Position numbers and translations under genes: made by a program
Notes under the pieces: model-generated
The model's input: only the letters and a program-made list of their open reading frames with translations
The model's database searches: none
Told to the model about the DNA's origin: nothing
NCBI RefSeq assembly: GCF_006345805.1
Contig: NC_043008.1
Span: forward strand, 51,956,001 to 52,020,000
Direction of reading: 5' to 3'
Length of the DNA: 64,000 bases
Origin: Octopus sinensis
Taxonomy: Eukaryota
Part shown: piece by piece, positions 35,734 through 49,439 of the stretch
How the letters are laid out: each line of letters starts with the position of its first letter
Numbering within the stretch: position 1 is the first letter of the stretch

Positions 35734-36236
35734 TTGGTCAGGATTTACGTTGTGTATGTGTGTATTGTATTTTCTGGCATACAAGTTGATATAATATGTA
35801 GTGTAAACATCCAAACATTGTTGCTGTCTTTTCAAGTTCTGTTGCATCTTCTATGGAAATTTTGGTCCTTCTACATCATCTTGGGGTATAAGTCAACCCA
35901 CCATTCATTTGGCTGTAAATTTTGATCTGAAAAATTTGACTTGAATGGTGCAGAATGCCATAAATGCATTTGCTAGGTTCCCTTTCAGGGCACAGCTGTA
36001 ATGTGAAACAAACCTTGAGCAAGTCATCCATTACTGGACAAGGTTTGTTTGATGTTACAACCAATTGCTTTGCTCTTTTGAAGACCAGTGAAATAAAAAA
36101 AAAATATTATATTTGGAAAAATAAGGATTGGTACCAGCGAGAGCATAAAATCAGTAACTGTTTCCTTATATTGTCTCCTCCTAACCCATGCTAACATAGA
36201 AAAATGCTTGTTAAAAAGAAAACATATAACTGGCTC

Positions 36237-36535
36237 TGTGTGTGTACATAACATGTATGTGTATGCATGAGTGGTGTGCGTGTGTGTGTGTATATATACA
36301 CACACGTATATAATGTGTATGTGTATTTGCCTGTATATGTGTGTTTGCTTGTATATGTATGTATGTTTGCCTGTATACGTTTGTTTGTTTGCCTTATATG
36401 TTTGTATGTGTATGTATACATATATATTTGTCTGTGTATGTATGTATATTTGCCTGTATATGTGTGTATGTATATTCATCTATATGTTTGTTTATTTTTG
36501 TGTATATGTATATTTGTGTGTGTGTGTGTGTGTGT
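36237..36535. repeat. Degenerate (TG/TA)n microsatellite field
   Basis: TGTG/TATG/TGTT units. Confidence 0.9.
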
Positions 36536-38427
36536 AAATAACACATTCAATGTATAAACTGTGATTTAATCAAATTTTCTTGAGATAATCATATTATTGC
36601 TGTCAATTTTCCATTTAGAAACGGTTTTCAAATGTTTATACAAGGAGTGGTGGTGGTGAAGTATCCATTTATATAATACTTTGTTGCTTATATTTCTTTT
36701 ATAAACACTGGGAATAGCTTTTAATTCTTAGGAGTAAATAGCTCCTTTATTCTTCATCTGCAAGGATGTACTTGAAAATATAGATACTTCACTAAATTCT
36801 TAAATTTAGTCTTATTATTATTTTCAATATTTAATTATTGTTTACAGAAAAATTATTTTTTTTACTTTTCTGTAAATTATGTCAGAACTCTAATTTTAGA
36901 TGTTGTTGTTATTACACACTAAATGTCAGATTAATTATGGTTTTTTTTTTTTTCATTTGTGTTTATTTTCTCAAACTGCTTACTGGTTCACATATTGTGT
37001 GTGTATATATTTACACACACAATAAAATCATCGATGAATAGCGTTAGCAATATTACTTTAATGTATTGTTTACAATTGTTTCGCCACTTCACTTTTTAGT
37101 CAATCTTGCATCATGTTCATTAACATGTTAGCAGTTATTGATTTAGTCTTATGCATTGTCTAATCTTTCTCAGTGCATATGGGAATTGATTCGTCAGAAC
37201 ATTGAAACAGTAACTTCATATGGGAACTTCCCTCTTTAATTTTCAAGGAGCCACTATTTGTTGAGATGTGTCATGAGGTAAACACCTGGATTATATATCC
37301 CAACTTTCCTGTCACCTTGATATATATATATATATATCATGGTATCAACCAGACTATTAGATATTGTTATACATTACTGGTCACAATGTGCTTTGCATTG
37401 TTTTATCTTTCAAATGATGCCACCCTGCTGGATAGGTGAGCTGGGCAACATTTCCCTTGATTGGAAGGCTATTACATCACAAGGTTACCCATTTACAGCT
37501 GGGTAGACTGGATTAATATAAAATGAAGTGTCTTGCTCAAGGACACAACATGCAGCCTGGTCTGAGAATTGAATCCATGATCTAGCAATCATAAGTGCAA
37601 TATCCTAACTGCTAGGCTATGCGCACACATGCACGTGCACATGAGTAGGTTTTTCTATGTGACGGATTGACCCACAGAAAATGGGCATATCAGATAATGA
37701 AGTGTTTGATAGAGTTACTGTTTGGATAAAAGATATTTTGAAGGCAGGAAGTGTTTTGTGCCTTGAAATGACTAAGAATGAAGAGTTTAGAATCAGCTAA
37801 CTGGTGGTCGATGCGTGGAAAATCTTGGGATAAGGAGTGAGCAAGTACAAAAGAGTTTGAAAATCATTTTGTGTTAATTAAAATCCTTCATCTCATGACC
37901 GAGCTTGCTCTTTTAAACTTAACATAAATAGCATAGTGCTTTAAAATATTTTAGGAATTGTCAGATATCTAAATTTCCAAATAACCTATGGAATTCTGTT
38001 GGCTTTTGATGGTGCCTGGGTTCACAAATAGCTTAAATCAGTGCTTTTCAAACACTTGTAGCTATTTCTCCCCGTCTCTTACTATAACTTCTTCAATGCT
38101 TGCTTCTCCCACTCCTGCTGCAATTTAGTGACACACTCCTCCCAATTTTTTAATGTACATATGCATAAAATCAGACCAGATTAATTTAGTTCTGGGTACT
38201 AGTTTGACGTTAAGTTGACTCTAAGTAAATATTTGACACATCGCCTATTGATCTTACTTATTGATTCAACCTTTATATATATATGTATATATCCTGTTGA
38301 AGTTTACATTCTGATTATACTTGTACTTACTATGTCCTTGCATGTTTGTTGATTTGTCTGGCCACGTATGAGTTTTTATATATCTATATCTATATATATA
38401 TATATACACACAAACACATATATATAA

Positions 38428-38463
<36 letters not shown>

Positions 38464-39223
38464 CATATTACAAGGTTATCAGATGAAATAGCTAGAATCA
38501 ACAACTTTCAAGCATGCACATACATGCACATGTGTGTGCGCACACACACAGAAACGCATTTGTATGTTAACCGAGGCTACAGGTGCAGTAACCATCTTTA
38601 ATTGCATGCATGGAAATAGCATCACATTTTGACTCTTTTGCCTTATACTTTAGTTTGTTTACAATTTACATGTACGTGTGGTGTGTGTTTGTGTATATTT
38701 GCATATTCAAATCTACTGTTGATGTTGTTGTTGTGATTGTAGCCTATATGCAGTTTATCTTTTGTTTTTGTTTCAAGTTAATGTTTAAATAGGAGATATT
38801 GACTTAAATAAAAACACGCTGCATAGACTTATAAATCACCTCTAACTGCCCTCTTTATAAATTTTTAACCACCTTAAGGAGTGGGGACCAGCCACTCTTT
38901 GAAGTACTGGCTTAAATTTATGATACCAGTGATCATATATTTTGGTCTCTATCCACCTTCACTAATCAACCTCTCCTCACTTGAGATTGTCCAATTTAAG
39001 AAGCATCTCTGTAATGACTGGCTATGTTTCAGAAAAAGCAAAATACTAAAATAATGCTGTGCCCTGGTTACTAGCCATTGTAAGGGAGATAATAATTTCT
39101 AGTGTTTGTAGGATTAGAAATTTGAAGTTTAAATTGAACAATTTTGATGATGTTTGGGATATATACATTTAATTTTTTTTTGCTTACTCATAACAAAGAG
39201 TTTAAAAATTACTAGTCATACTA

Positions 39224-39615
39224 GGCGCAGGAGTAGCTGTGTGGTAAGTAGCTTGCTAACCAACCACATGGTTCCGGGTTCAGTCCCACTGCGTGGCATC
39301 TTGGGCAAGTGTCTTCTGCTATAGCCCCGGGCCGACCAATGCCTTGTGAGTGGATTTGGTAGACGGAAACTGAAAGAAGCCTGTCGTATATATGTATATA
39401 TATATATATATGTGTGTGTGTCTGTGTTTGTCCCCCTAGCATTGCTTGACAACCGATGCTGGTGTGTTTACATCCCCGTCACTTAGCGGTTCGGCAAAAG
39501 AGACCGATAGAATAAGTACTGTGCTTACAAAGAATAAGTCCCGGGGTCGATTTTCTCGACTAAAGGTGGTGCTCCAGCATGGCTGCAGTCAAATGACTGA
39601 AACGAGTAAAAGAGT
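39224..39615 (+). mobile_element. Young full-length tRNA-derived CORE-like SINE
   Basis: A/B box-like head GGCGCAGGAGTAGCTGTGTGGTAAG...GGTTCAGTCCC, core TGGCATCTTGGGCAAGTGTCTTCT, tail GTAAAAGAGT; direct repeat ATACTA at 39218-39223 and 39616-39621. Confidence 0.95.
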
Positions 39616-40784
39616 ATACTAAAGCTTTGAGTATAAGAATTCCTTATAGTAGTTGAACACTCCAGACTGTTGGACTGCTCACATTACAGACGGCCACAAG
39701 TGAAGTGTTTCTTTCAATGTTCAAATCAACTATTTTGAAATTGGCCTTCAAAATAAACATGACAATTACAGCCATCTAAATGTGCGTTTCTTTTACTATT
39801 CTCAGCCCTGCTACAGTTCCTATACTAGTTAGTAACCTATACAATATTTCTGTACGCTTGCTACTGTTCTTGTCCTTGCTAGTGTTCCTACACCTGTTGC
39901 TGGTCTACATAATATTTCTGAACCCCTATTGCCAATAACTGCATTAATTTTATTTGACGATACCTAGTTTTTCTTCAAATATCTCCTCAAATTCAAATGT
40001 GCAAGATAAATTAGAACTATTAAAAAAAAAAAAGTCTAATTGTAGTTGAAATATTATTCACATATCAGACTTATTTGTACATCTTTTTATTCAAAGAATA
40101 ACATTTGAGAAGTTACTGCTTTAGTCTGGCCCCAAGTTAGCCCTGATTCCAAAGATCTCTGATCAAAGGTATCTTATCTGTGGACTATCCCGCCTCAGTT
40201 CAGTCATTATGTATTTAGGACCATTTTATCTAGTGCTCCAGCAAGCAGCTAGCATTTCTCTCATTGGCTTGTTATATGAGGACTTTATAGCAATGAGACA
40301 TTGCAATATTTACTAAAGAGAAAAATTTTCTGCACATGTGAATTATGCAAACTACTTTTTAAGAATCCACTTGTTTCACCATATTCAGTTAACATTATTT
40401 AAATATTTTCAGCTAGATTGTTTTTTTACCCGACCCCCCCCCATACACACACAAACATGCATACACCCATATATCCACAGATGCATTTCCTCTACTCCTC
40501 TGTATATTTTCTATCTTCCCCCTCTCTCTCTAGCATTCCTTTACTCAATGTCTACCACCAAGCCTAGTATATGCACTCATTTGCATCTCATGTTAACTCT
40601 CTTCTCCACCTCTGTCTATATGATGTATATCATGATTGGAGAAATCAACCAACCAACAAATATTTATATCAGTTATTAGGTGAAATAAGCGTTAAAGATA
40701 CTTTGCTTCATGCAGAAACTTCAGAAGCTACTTGGCAGTTTTGCAAGCTCTTCTAAATCCATTGCAATACTAGAAACCCTTCTG

Positions 40785-41095
40785 TATCACTAGCAAGTGT
40801 TTGAGGGTCATAAGCGTTTTACCACTTAGATTGTATACTTTGTCTGAATGGGGCAGCAAGGACTGAATTAGTCTTTGCTTGCAGAAGGTTTTCATTTGTA
40901 GTCTCTTATCAACCACAGCCACCTTGAGCTGGTTTCAGCTAATGTTCCTGTCTCTTTCATGACTTTCTTCTGTTGTTTGGGTTCTAGACCAATCTTCTGT
41001 AGGAATAAGTGCACGATATACCTGAAAAACCATGGCAACCGACTTCATCAGGGAATGAGATTGCATGTCATCTCTTGATAAGGGCCTTGTCAACC
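40785..41095 (-). pseudogene. 3' end of a HERO-like (restriction-like endonuclease) non-LTR retrotransposon
   Basis: Minus pieces HAISFPDEVGCHGFSGIS and LFLQKIGLEPKQQKKVMKETGTLAETSSRWLWLIRD resemble the EVGCRGF...AE-AS-WLWL C-terminus. Confidence 0.7.
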
Positions 41096-41274
41096 AAACT
41101 CTGATATTTGATTTTCTTTACCTGGTGTGAATTTATCATTGCATTATATAAAAAACATACATACATGTATTTTAAAAAAACAAAACATTTGTCACTATTA
41201 CTACTAGTAGTACTTATCCAGAGGTTGATTGAAACTTAGTAGACAGTGTATGGAAGAAATGAAATTGTTGTCAC

Positions 41275-41678
41275 AGGTATGGTTGTGTGGTAAGAAGTTT
41301 GCTTTTGAACTACATGATTCTGAGTTCAGTCCCTTTGCATAGCACTTAGGTTGACCCAGGTAGAAGACATTTACCCAAAGTCTTGTGAGTGGATTTGGTT
41401 GATTGAAACTGAAAGAATCCTATCCAATATATGTATATATCTCTGTGTGTAAATATATATGACTGTGCTTATGTCTTCATGTTTGCCCCCCACTCTTGCT
41501 TGACACCTGATGTTGGTTTGCTTATGTCCCACCATAATTAAACGGTTTGGTCTGAAAGACCAATAAAGGGGTACCAGGTTTTTAAAAAATAAGTACTGGC
41601 ATCAATTTATTGAACTAAAACCCTTCAAGGTGGTGTCCCAGTTTGGCCACTGTTCAGTGACTGAAACAAGTAAAAGAG
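41275..41678 (+). mobile_element. Old CORE-like SINE
   Basis: CAGGTATGGTTGTGTGGTAAGAAGTTTGC...GACTGAAACAAGTAAAAGA. Confidence 0.8.
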
Positions 41679-42247
41679 AACCTTTGGTGTGTGTGTGTGT
41701 GTGTGTGTGGTGGTGGCAGCGGGGTAAGTGGTGCAGTGTGACTTATTGGTTTGGTCTCAATTTATTGGAATTATTTGATTGAAATTTCAAGTGATCAAAA
41801 AGAGTCAAAAAAGAAAAAAAGTAAATATGCAACTGATTGAATAAGAGACACTAAAACCACCAGTTAATTGAAACAGAGAAAACATTAAAATGATTTTTTT
41901 TATTGAAATGTTATAGAATGTGTGTGTGTGTATGTGTGTATGTGTGTTTCTATGAAAGCCAGTTTACTTTATGTTAATGTCTCTAGTTCAAAATCTGTGG
42001 CAATTCTATCATTATTTTTCTGTACAAAGAAATTGGTAGTTCAATGAAAAATAAAAGCCTATATAATCTCATGTTATGGGCAGCTATATTAGTTTGCTCT
42101 TGAAACCATTCGATATGATTTTTTAAGACGCTTTGCAGAATTCCAATATTTTTTTATACCACTTTGACCACTTGCTTTCTTACATTTTAATGAAAAAAAT
42201 TATTTTAATAAGTTATGTTGTGTGTGTTTGTAATTTTTTTTGTGTAT

Positions 42248-42553
42248 ATTCTTTTACTTGTTTCAGTCTTTTGACTGCGGCCATACTGGGGCACCGAATC
42301 GCCCCAGGATTTATTCTTTGTAAGCCTAGTACTTATTCTCTCAGTGTCTTTTGCTGAACTGCTAAGTTACAGGGTATGTCAACACACACACATGATGAGC
42401 TTCTTTTAGTTTCCGTCCACCAAATCCATTCACAAGGCTTTGGTTGGCCCGGGGCTATAGTAGCAGACACTTGCCCAAGGTGCCACACAGTGGGACTGAA
42501 CCTGGAACCATGTGGTTGGTAAGCAAGCTACTTACCACAGCCACTCCTACGCC
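42248..42553 (-). mobile_element. Internally deleted CORE-like SINE (another partial copy about 42670-42850)
   Basis: TTTTACTTGTTTCAGTC...GACACTTGCCCAAGGTGCCAC...CAGCCACTCCTACGCC. Confidence 0.88.
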
Positions 42554-43254
42554 TATGTTTATATATATATGTATATATTTTTGTGTGCATATGTATGTGT
42601 GTGTAAAATAATAAACAACAGTGTTTCTCTACAGCTTCGATTTTTACTATTATACCTACCTTATGAGTTATCTTTTTACTTGTTTCAGTCATAGGACTGT
42701 GACCATGTTAGAGCACTGCCTTGAAAAGTTTAGTCACAGAAAAGATAGTACTTATTCCATCAGTCTCTTTTGCTAAACTATTAAGTTGTGGGGTTGTAAA
42801 CAAACCAATACTGGTTGTTGAGTTCTGGTAGGGAACAAACACAGACACTCACATACGTACATTCACACACACACACCACACACATACACACGACACAATC
42901 GTTATAATGTATGTCACTGTCATACAAGCAATGTCATTCATTCCCAGTATTCTGCAAAAACATATCTGGAAATATTACATTGGTTGGTGACATGAAGGGT
43001 ATCTAGCCGTAAACTCTGTCTGGTGTTTGTAAGCATGGAAAAGCAGACCTTAAAACGATAATGATGATTATACTCTCATTTTGATATCGTTTATACTTGC
43101 TAAAACAAAATAGATGATAGTTTGTTGAAGCATATGAACTTTAATTTCTAATCTTTTAGATATTAAACAATTTTCTTGGCAGATAAACTATTTTGTCAAG
43201 AAGACACAGCTGGAACATTATGATGGTTGTGTCAGAAAGTAAATAAATTGGTTA

Positions 43255-43448
43255 ACTCTTATTATGCTTATTTATTTGTGTTATTTTGAATTAATCATGC
43301 ATTATCTTGTAGCTTTGAAATTTCAATGACATGACTGGATATCTTTGGTGATATTGTAGTGTAGGTGTGAGAAGTTAGATCTGCCCAGTTTGAACCTACA
43401 ACTTGTAGACTGGGCTGGGTCTGACCAGTTTAAATGCTAAAGTGCTAA
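43255..43448. mobile_element. TTAA MITE family 1 (degenerate)
   Basis: TTTTGAATTAATCATGCATTATCTTGTAGCTTTG...CCAGTTTAAATGCTAAAG. Confidence 0.7.
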
Positions 43449-44142
43449 TCTTCTGAGAAATATACTTCAAAATTATTCCACTCACTAAACTGTGAAATAT
43501 CTCCAGATACTATTATTGCATTTGAAAAGAAAAAACAATATTTGCTGTGATAGAACGTTAATATCACTTATGCAAGGGAGATAATGACATTTTGACAGTT
43601 ATCTTGAATTTAGTTTGCCATAAAAAAATATACACAGCTCTATGTAATAGCAATGACATTTTGTTTTCGTAAAAACAATAATACAATGCAATTGTAAACC
43701 TCATTTACATGTCAAATGATTGCTGACTTATAATTATATTTTTAGAGTTCCCAGTAACAGCCAAACATATTTTTTTAAACATAATTGTTGAATTATCATT
43801 TCATAATATTTTTCAATTTTTTAGGAATTTGTTGACAAATTTCAACATGTAGAATATCTCTTAAATTTTCACCAGTTGTTATAGAAACCAAACTGATAAT
43901 TACAAATTTACCTATTGAATTTGACATAAAATGATAGTAAAAAGAAAAAAAAAGACAAAACCAAGATATAACCATAAATTTAGAAGACTATATAAGCATT
44001 TTTTTTTCAAATCTAAGTTCTCTGTTGTATACAAATGCTTAGCTATTTATAATATCTGCTTCATAGAGCTATTTTGGAAAATAGCATCTCAAATGGTTCT
44101 GACTTGTGTAAAACATAGTGTGTGTTCATATTTGTAAATATT

Positions 44143-44177
<35 letters not shown>

Positions 44178-44181
<4 letters not shown>

Positions 44182-45402
44182 GTGTCCCAGAAAAATCTAT
44201 CCATTGATATTTCTTAATTACTCAAAATAAATTTAAGGTAGGATAATGTAATTTGGCACACATGTTCTAATGTAAATTGTCAATCCATTGCAATGATTAC
44301 ATTTCAAAATGACCACCTTTCACATTGATCATAGCCTGCAAATGAGTGGTTAGTGAGTTGCATGAGTGCCATACCACCTTTTCATCCAGCTTGACCCATG
44401 AAGACAGAAGGGCTTTCTTCAGATCTGACACTTTGAATAGGAGCATGCAAAAACCTTGCTCTCTAAGATAGCGATGTCCATGGGATTGATATCTGAACTT
44501 GAAGGAGGCCATATCATTGTGTCTCAAAAAACTGTTGAAATGCTCTTTGCATCACTTGTGTCAACTGGAGTCCCGTTTTGAATGAAGATGTAACAGTCAC
44601 CAAAGGTTACTGTGATCCAGGGTAATACTTTGTTATCCAACATTTCCACATAAACTTCACTGTTGACCTTGACTCCAGCATCGATGAAGATCAAGGGAGA
44701 CTTGGACCTATCAGCTGCAACAGCAACCCACACCACTAGTGAAGCTGACTTCTGATGGTGTGAATGACTCTTACTACCTTTGGGCAAGTCTCCTGCATTA
44801 TTTGCATAAAGCCTGTCATTCTGTTTGTTGGAAACTGCCTCTACGGTGCACTTCATCTCAGCTAACATAGTTTTACCCCTGTCGAGCCGTTTTTTCTTGG
44901 ACTCAGCTGAAATGAATTGCTGGGATTGTTTCTTGTATGTAGCTTTCAAGCCTCTTTAAAAATCCTGTGCATTGATGATTTCAAAATATCAAGAGCTTTT
45001 GCAGTTTTTCTTGCACTCCTGCAGGGATTCCAGTTCATTTGTTTCTTCACAGTTCCAACAGTTTGTTTGGTATGATTGATCGTTTCTTACCAGGAATTGG
45101 CTTAGTAGAGGTAGTAGTGAACTCCATACATCATTCCTAGGTATTGAACTCTGTTTTATAGCACACATTCAATTGTTTTGTTATGTACTTGTTGCTTACC
45201 CCGGCTGTTTTCAAAGCGACAATAAGGCCACATTTTACTTTCAGTGGCGCGTTTGTTTACAAACCTGTCATAGATGAATGAAACAGTAGACACATGACAA
45301 AAGACGTATGTAAATCCTTATTTAAAATGTAGATAATATTACCTGAACCAATATTCTCTAGGAAGAGTCTTAAACATGGGTAAACCTTTCTGAGACACCC
45401 TA
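44178..45402 (-). mobile_element. Near full-length decayed maT-like Tc1/mariner DNA transposon with both TIRs
   Basis: Left CAGGGTGTCCCAGAAAAATCTATCCAT vs right ATGGGTAAACCTTTCTGAGACACCCTA; minus ORFs with NKQNDRLYA, VVWVAVAADRSKSPLIFIDAGVKVNSEVY, YIFIQNGTP, LQAMINVKGGHFE; frameshifted. Confidence 0.9.
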
Positions 45403-46351
45403 TTTATGTGTGTGTGTGTGTGTTTGTACACCATAAGTGCAAAACAAGATGGAAAAAATGGTACTCGAATACCAAAGGTAGAGTAATATATTAAGGCTGC
45501 AAAAATTATCACAGAACTGTTACTCAGTTTCATGTTCCTGTTCGTCGGACAGTTTTCATTACAACTGTCTGAATAACGGTTCTGTATATATATATGTATG
45601 AAAATAGCTGTGGTCAGACTGTTGCACTTTTGTAATCACAAGATCATGATTTCAATTTCCAGACTGGGTGATGCCTTGTGTACTTCCAAAAACTACTTCA
45701 TCTCAAATTGTTCACCTATCATTTCAACATCTGATATATGTGCCCTGTACAGATGATATCAATTTAATGGAGGTTGTGAATTTATATGCAGTTTACAGTT
45801 GATTATTATATGCATATTGTCAGTGCAGGTTGTTCAGTATGAAATTACAGAAGCATCTTTATCTCAAGAGATTACTATCAATTATATATCATCATCATTT
45901 AGCATACACTTTTCATGCTTGAATGGTTCTGACGAAATTAGTTGAGATAGATTAGATTTCTCCTGTTAGATGCCCTTCCTGTTGCCAACCATCACTGGTT
46001 TCAAGTTAGGTAATATTTCTCCATGCAAAACTGTTTTTCACAAAAGATTGGAAACAAACAGCCTCACTTTACAACCATCGCATGGCGTTTAGACAAGGAT
46101 ACACATGAACACACACATGCACACACACACACGCACACAAAAGCTGCTTTCAGTCTTCATTTAACAAATCCTCTCACATGGCTTTGCCATGCATTAAGAC
46201 TGTATCCAAGCCCACATGGTTGGGAAGTAAGCTTTTTAACCCATGCCCGCATTGGTTTTGTGTGTGTGTGTTTGAGATATAAACCTTAGTTTTCAAGACA
46301 CTGGTCAGTGTAACTGAGATGTAATTTTGCATTCAATATTCTCTGTTTAAT

Positions 46352-46556
46352 CAGTAGCACGCCAGGTAAAATGCTTAGTGGTATTTCGTCTGTCTTCACG
46401 TTCTGAGTTCAAATTCCACTGAGGTTAACTTTGCTTTTCATCCTTTTGGGGTTGATAAAATAAGTACCAGTTGAGTACTGGGGGTTAATGTAATTGATTA
46501 GTTCCCTCCCATCAAATTTCACACCTCGTGCCTTTTGTAGAAAGGATTATCATTAT
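46352..46556 (+). mobile_element. Meta-like SINE
   Basis: GAGTTCAAATTCCACTGAGGTTAACTTTGCTTTTCATCCTTTTGGGGTTGATAAAATAAGTACCAG. Confidence 0.85.
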
Positions 46557-48306
46557 TAAATATTTTCCATTGTCCAGTTAAAGCTGGAGATAAAACCTTG
46601 ACTCTAGATTTTCAATCAATGAGCAGTGATAAAGGAACTTAAATGCTCTCTCTCTCTTACATACAGAGGCAGCCTATTTTATTTGTGAAGTTATGTAGCA
46701 TACATAACTAAAAAATTCCATTTTTTTAATTAACTCATTTGTTAATTGAATTTATTTCTCTTAATTATTATTTCAACCTGGTCTTAATTAATCAGTGAAT
46801 TAAGACAGACTAGCTAAATATGATTTAATTTTGTGCATTAAAGCAATTTTGCAATAAGTATTCAAACTGATTATTCTATTTGAAATAAAAAAAGTTTTAA
46901 AATACGAGTTTAGAATTGAAATTAAAGCTAATCTTTGCACAAATTATACAGGTTCAGTTAGAGTAACCGTATTGAATTTACTAAGAGTTTAGGGTTTCGT
47001 TGTGTGTTTTATTTTGGGCATGGGTATCTGTGACCCCTTTTCATTTTAAGTTATTGTAAGTTATTAATCACTAACAGCATGAAAGGGGACTATTTTAAAG
47101 GCAGCTCTGAGTTCATAATATCTCATCTGTTGTTGTTCAGAGAGTTATAAGAATAAATTAATAAAGGAGCTATGACAAGTGTTCGTCAGATGAATATGTC
47201 GGGACAGTTTTCTGTGGCTGGATGCTTTTCCTGTTGCTAACCCTTACTTTTTTCAAGTTGTGGTAATAACCACTGAATCTGTTGAACAACACTCAGTGCA
47301 AAACATTTTTTTTCCTGGCTCTTTATTATATCTGCCATCCTTTACTCTAAAATTACTTTAAATATTGATTCAGCTAGTCTTAGTTTTAATTAATAATAAA
47401 AGACAAAAAAAAAAAACCCATTAAGTTAGTGTGCATTAAAGGTTTTTGTACTTAAAAAAAAATGTCTTGCAATTATGCAGACAGCCTCTTCTCATTTGGG
47501 AAATGGATAAAAATTGAAAATGTTGGATTCAAATTTTAGTGTCTTATTTGCAATTAAACTTCTGCAATTAAAGGCTGAAATTCTCTCATTCCTAATTTTA
47601 AAAAAGTAGTACAGAGAAAATAGCATTACAATTTTGAACTAAATTGTTGCAAAAGGTTTTCTTTTTTTCTTCCTTCTTTTTTAAAAAAGACCCCTTTGCT
47701 CTTAGCTGAAATATTGGCATGTTATAACTGAGTTATTGTAAATCTTTAACGTATGGTATTTCCTAATTTTCTAGTAAAATCCCCTACTTGTCAAGATAAA
47801 CTGTTGAAATATCTGACTAAAACCACAAAAAAAAAAAAAAAAAAAGAACCCTCTGAAAAACTATATTCAGTGTGAGTTGAATTCAATATTAAAAATGTAT
47901 TGCTTGTATTATCAACAACATTATGTTTTCAAAGCTCTATATTTTCGTGATAACATTAAATATTGATTTCTCCAGACTTGGATGTAATCCCCACCACACT
48001 TCAATGTATGAATATATAGCATTTGGTTTCTTGCAGTTAAAAACCAAATTTGCATATCTTTTATTGATTATCACTTGGCAGTAACTGCCCTACCAATATT
48101 TAGAGGGTATCTCTTTGCCCTCTCTACTTTTACCATAGCAACTATAGACTTATCTACTTATTGTATACCCCACCACAAGTGATAACAGCAACTGATGGTG
48201 ACCAGGAATTATATTAAACTACTTTACACAGTAGCATATTTATTATAGTATCAGCCCATTAGTAACATTCGTCATTCTCTCCTCTAGATGACTAAATTTA
48301 CCCATA

Positions 48307-48850
<544 letters not shown>

Positions 48851-48861
48851 TATGTATATAT

Positions 48862-49268
48862 CTTTTATCTTTTACTTGTTTCAGTCATTTGACTATGGCC
48901 ATGCTGGGGCAGTGCCTTGAAGGGTTTTTAGTTGAAGAAATTAACACAGGGACTTATTTTTCAAAAACCTAGTACTTATTCTATCATTCTCTTTTACCAA
49001 ACTGCGAAGTTATGGGGATGTAAACACACCAACAAGCAATAGGACACACAAACACACACACACACAAACTGTCTCACTCACACACTCTGTCTCTCACTCA
49101 TTCACTCACTCAACTCACATGACGGGCTTCTTTCAATTTCCGTCTACCAAATCCACTCACAAGGCTTTGGTCGGCCTGAGGGTATTGTAGAAGACACTTG
49201 CTCAAGGTTCCACACAATGGGGCTGAACCCAGAACCATGTGGTTGGGAAGCAAGCTTCTAACCACAGA
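48862..49268 (-). mobile_element. Older CORE-like SINE adjacent in the same orientation
   Basis: TTTTACTTGTTTCAGTCATTTGACT...GCAAGCTTCTAACCACAG. Confidence 0.85.
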
Positions 49269-49439
49269 CCCACTTTGTTGTATTTCTTGAAATGAATACT
49301 TTTATTTCAGGTTGATAAAACAAGTATCAAATGAACACTGGGGGGTCTATGTAGTTCACTTCTCCCTTCTTTGAAATTACTGGCATTCTGCTGCAATTAG
49401 AAACCATGTGTGACAGGGTTTTTTTGTTTCAAATCTTGG

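Noticed and set aside
36024-36557. Overlapping His/Thr/Tyr- and Val/Cys-rich ORFs (also 32135-32494 and 38266-38466)
   Set aside because: They come from stop-poor CA/TG/TA microsatellites that are open in several frames at once
39224-39300. tRNA-like sequence with A and B boxes (also 4405-4480)
   Set aside because: No complete cloverleaf with acceptor stem is evident, and it continues into a multicopy SINE body
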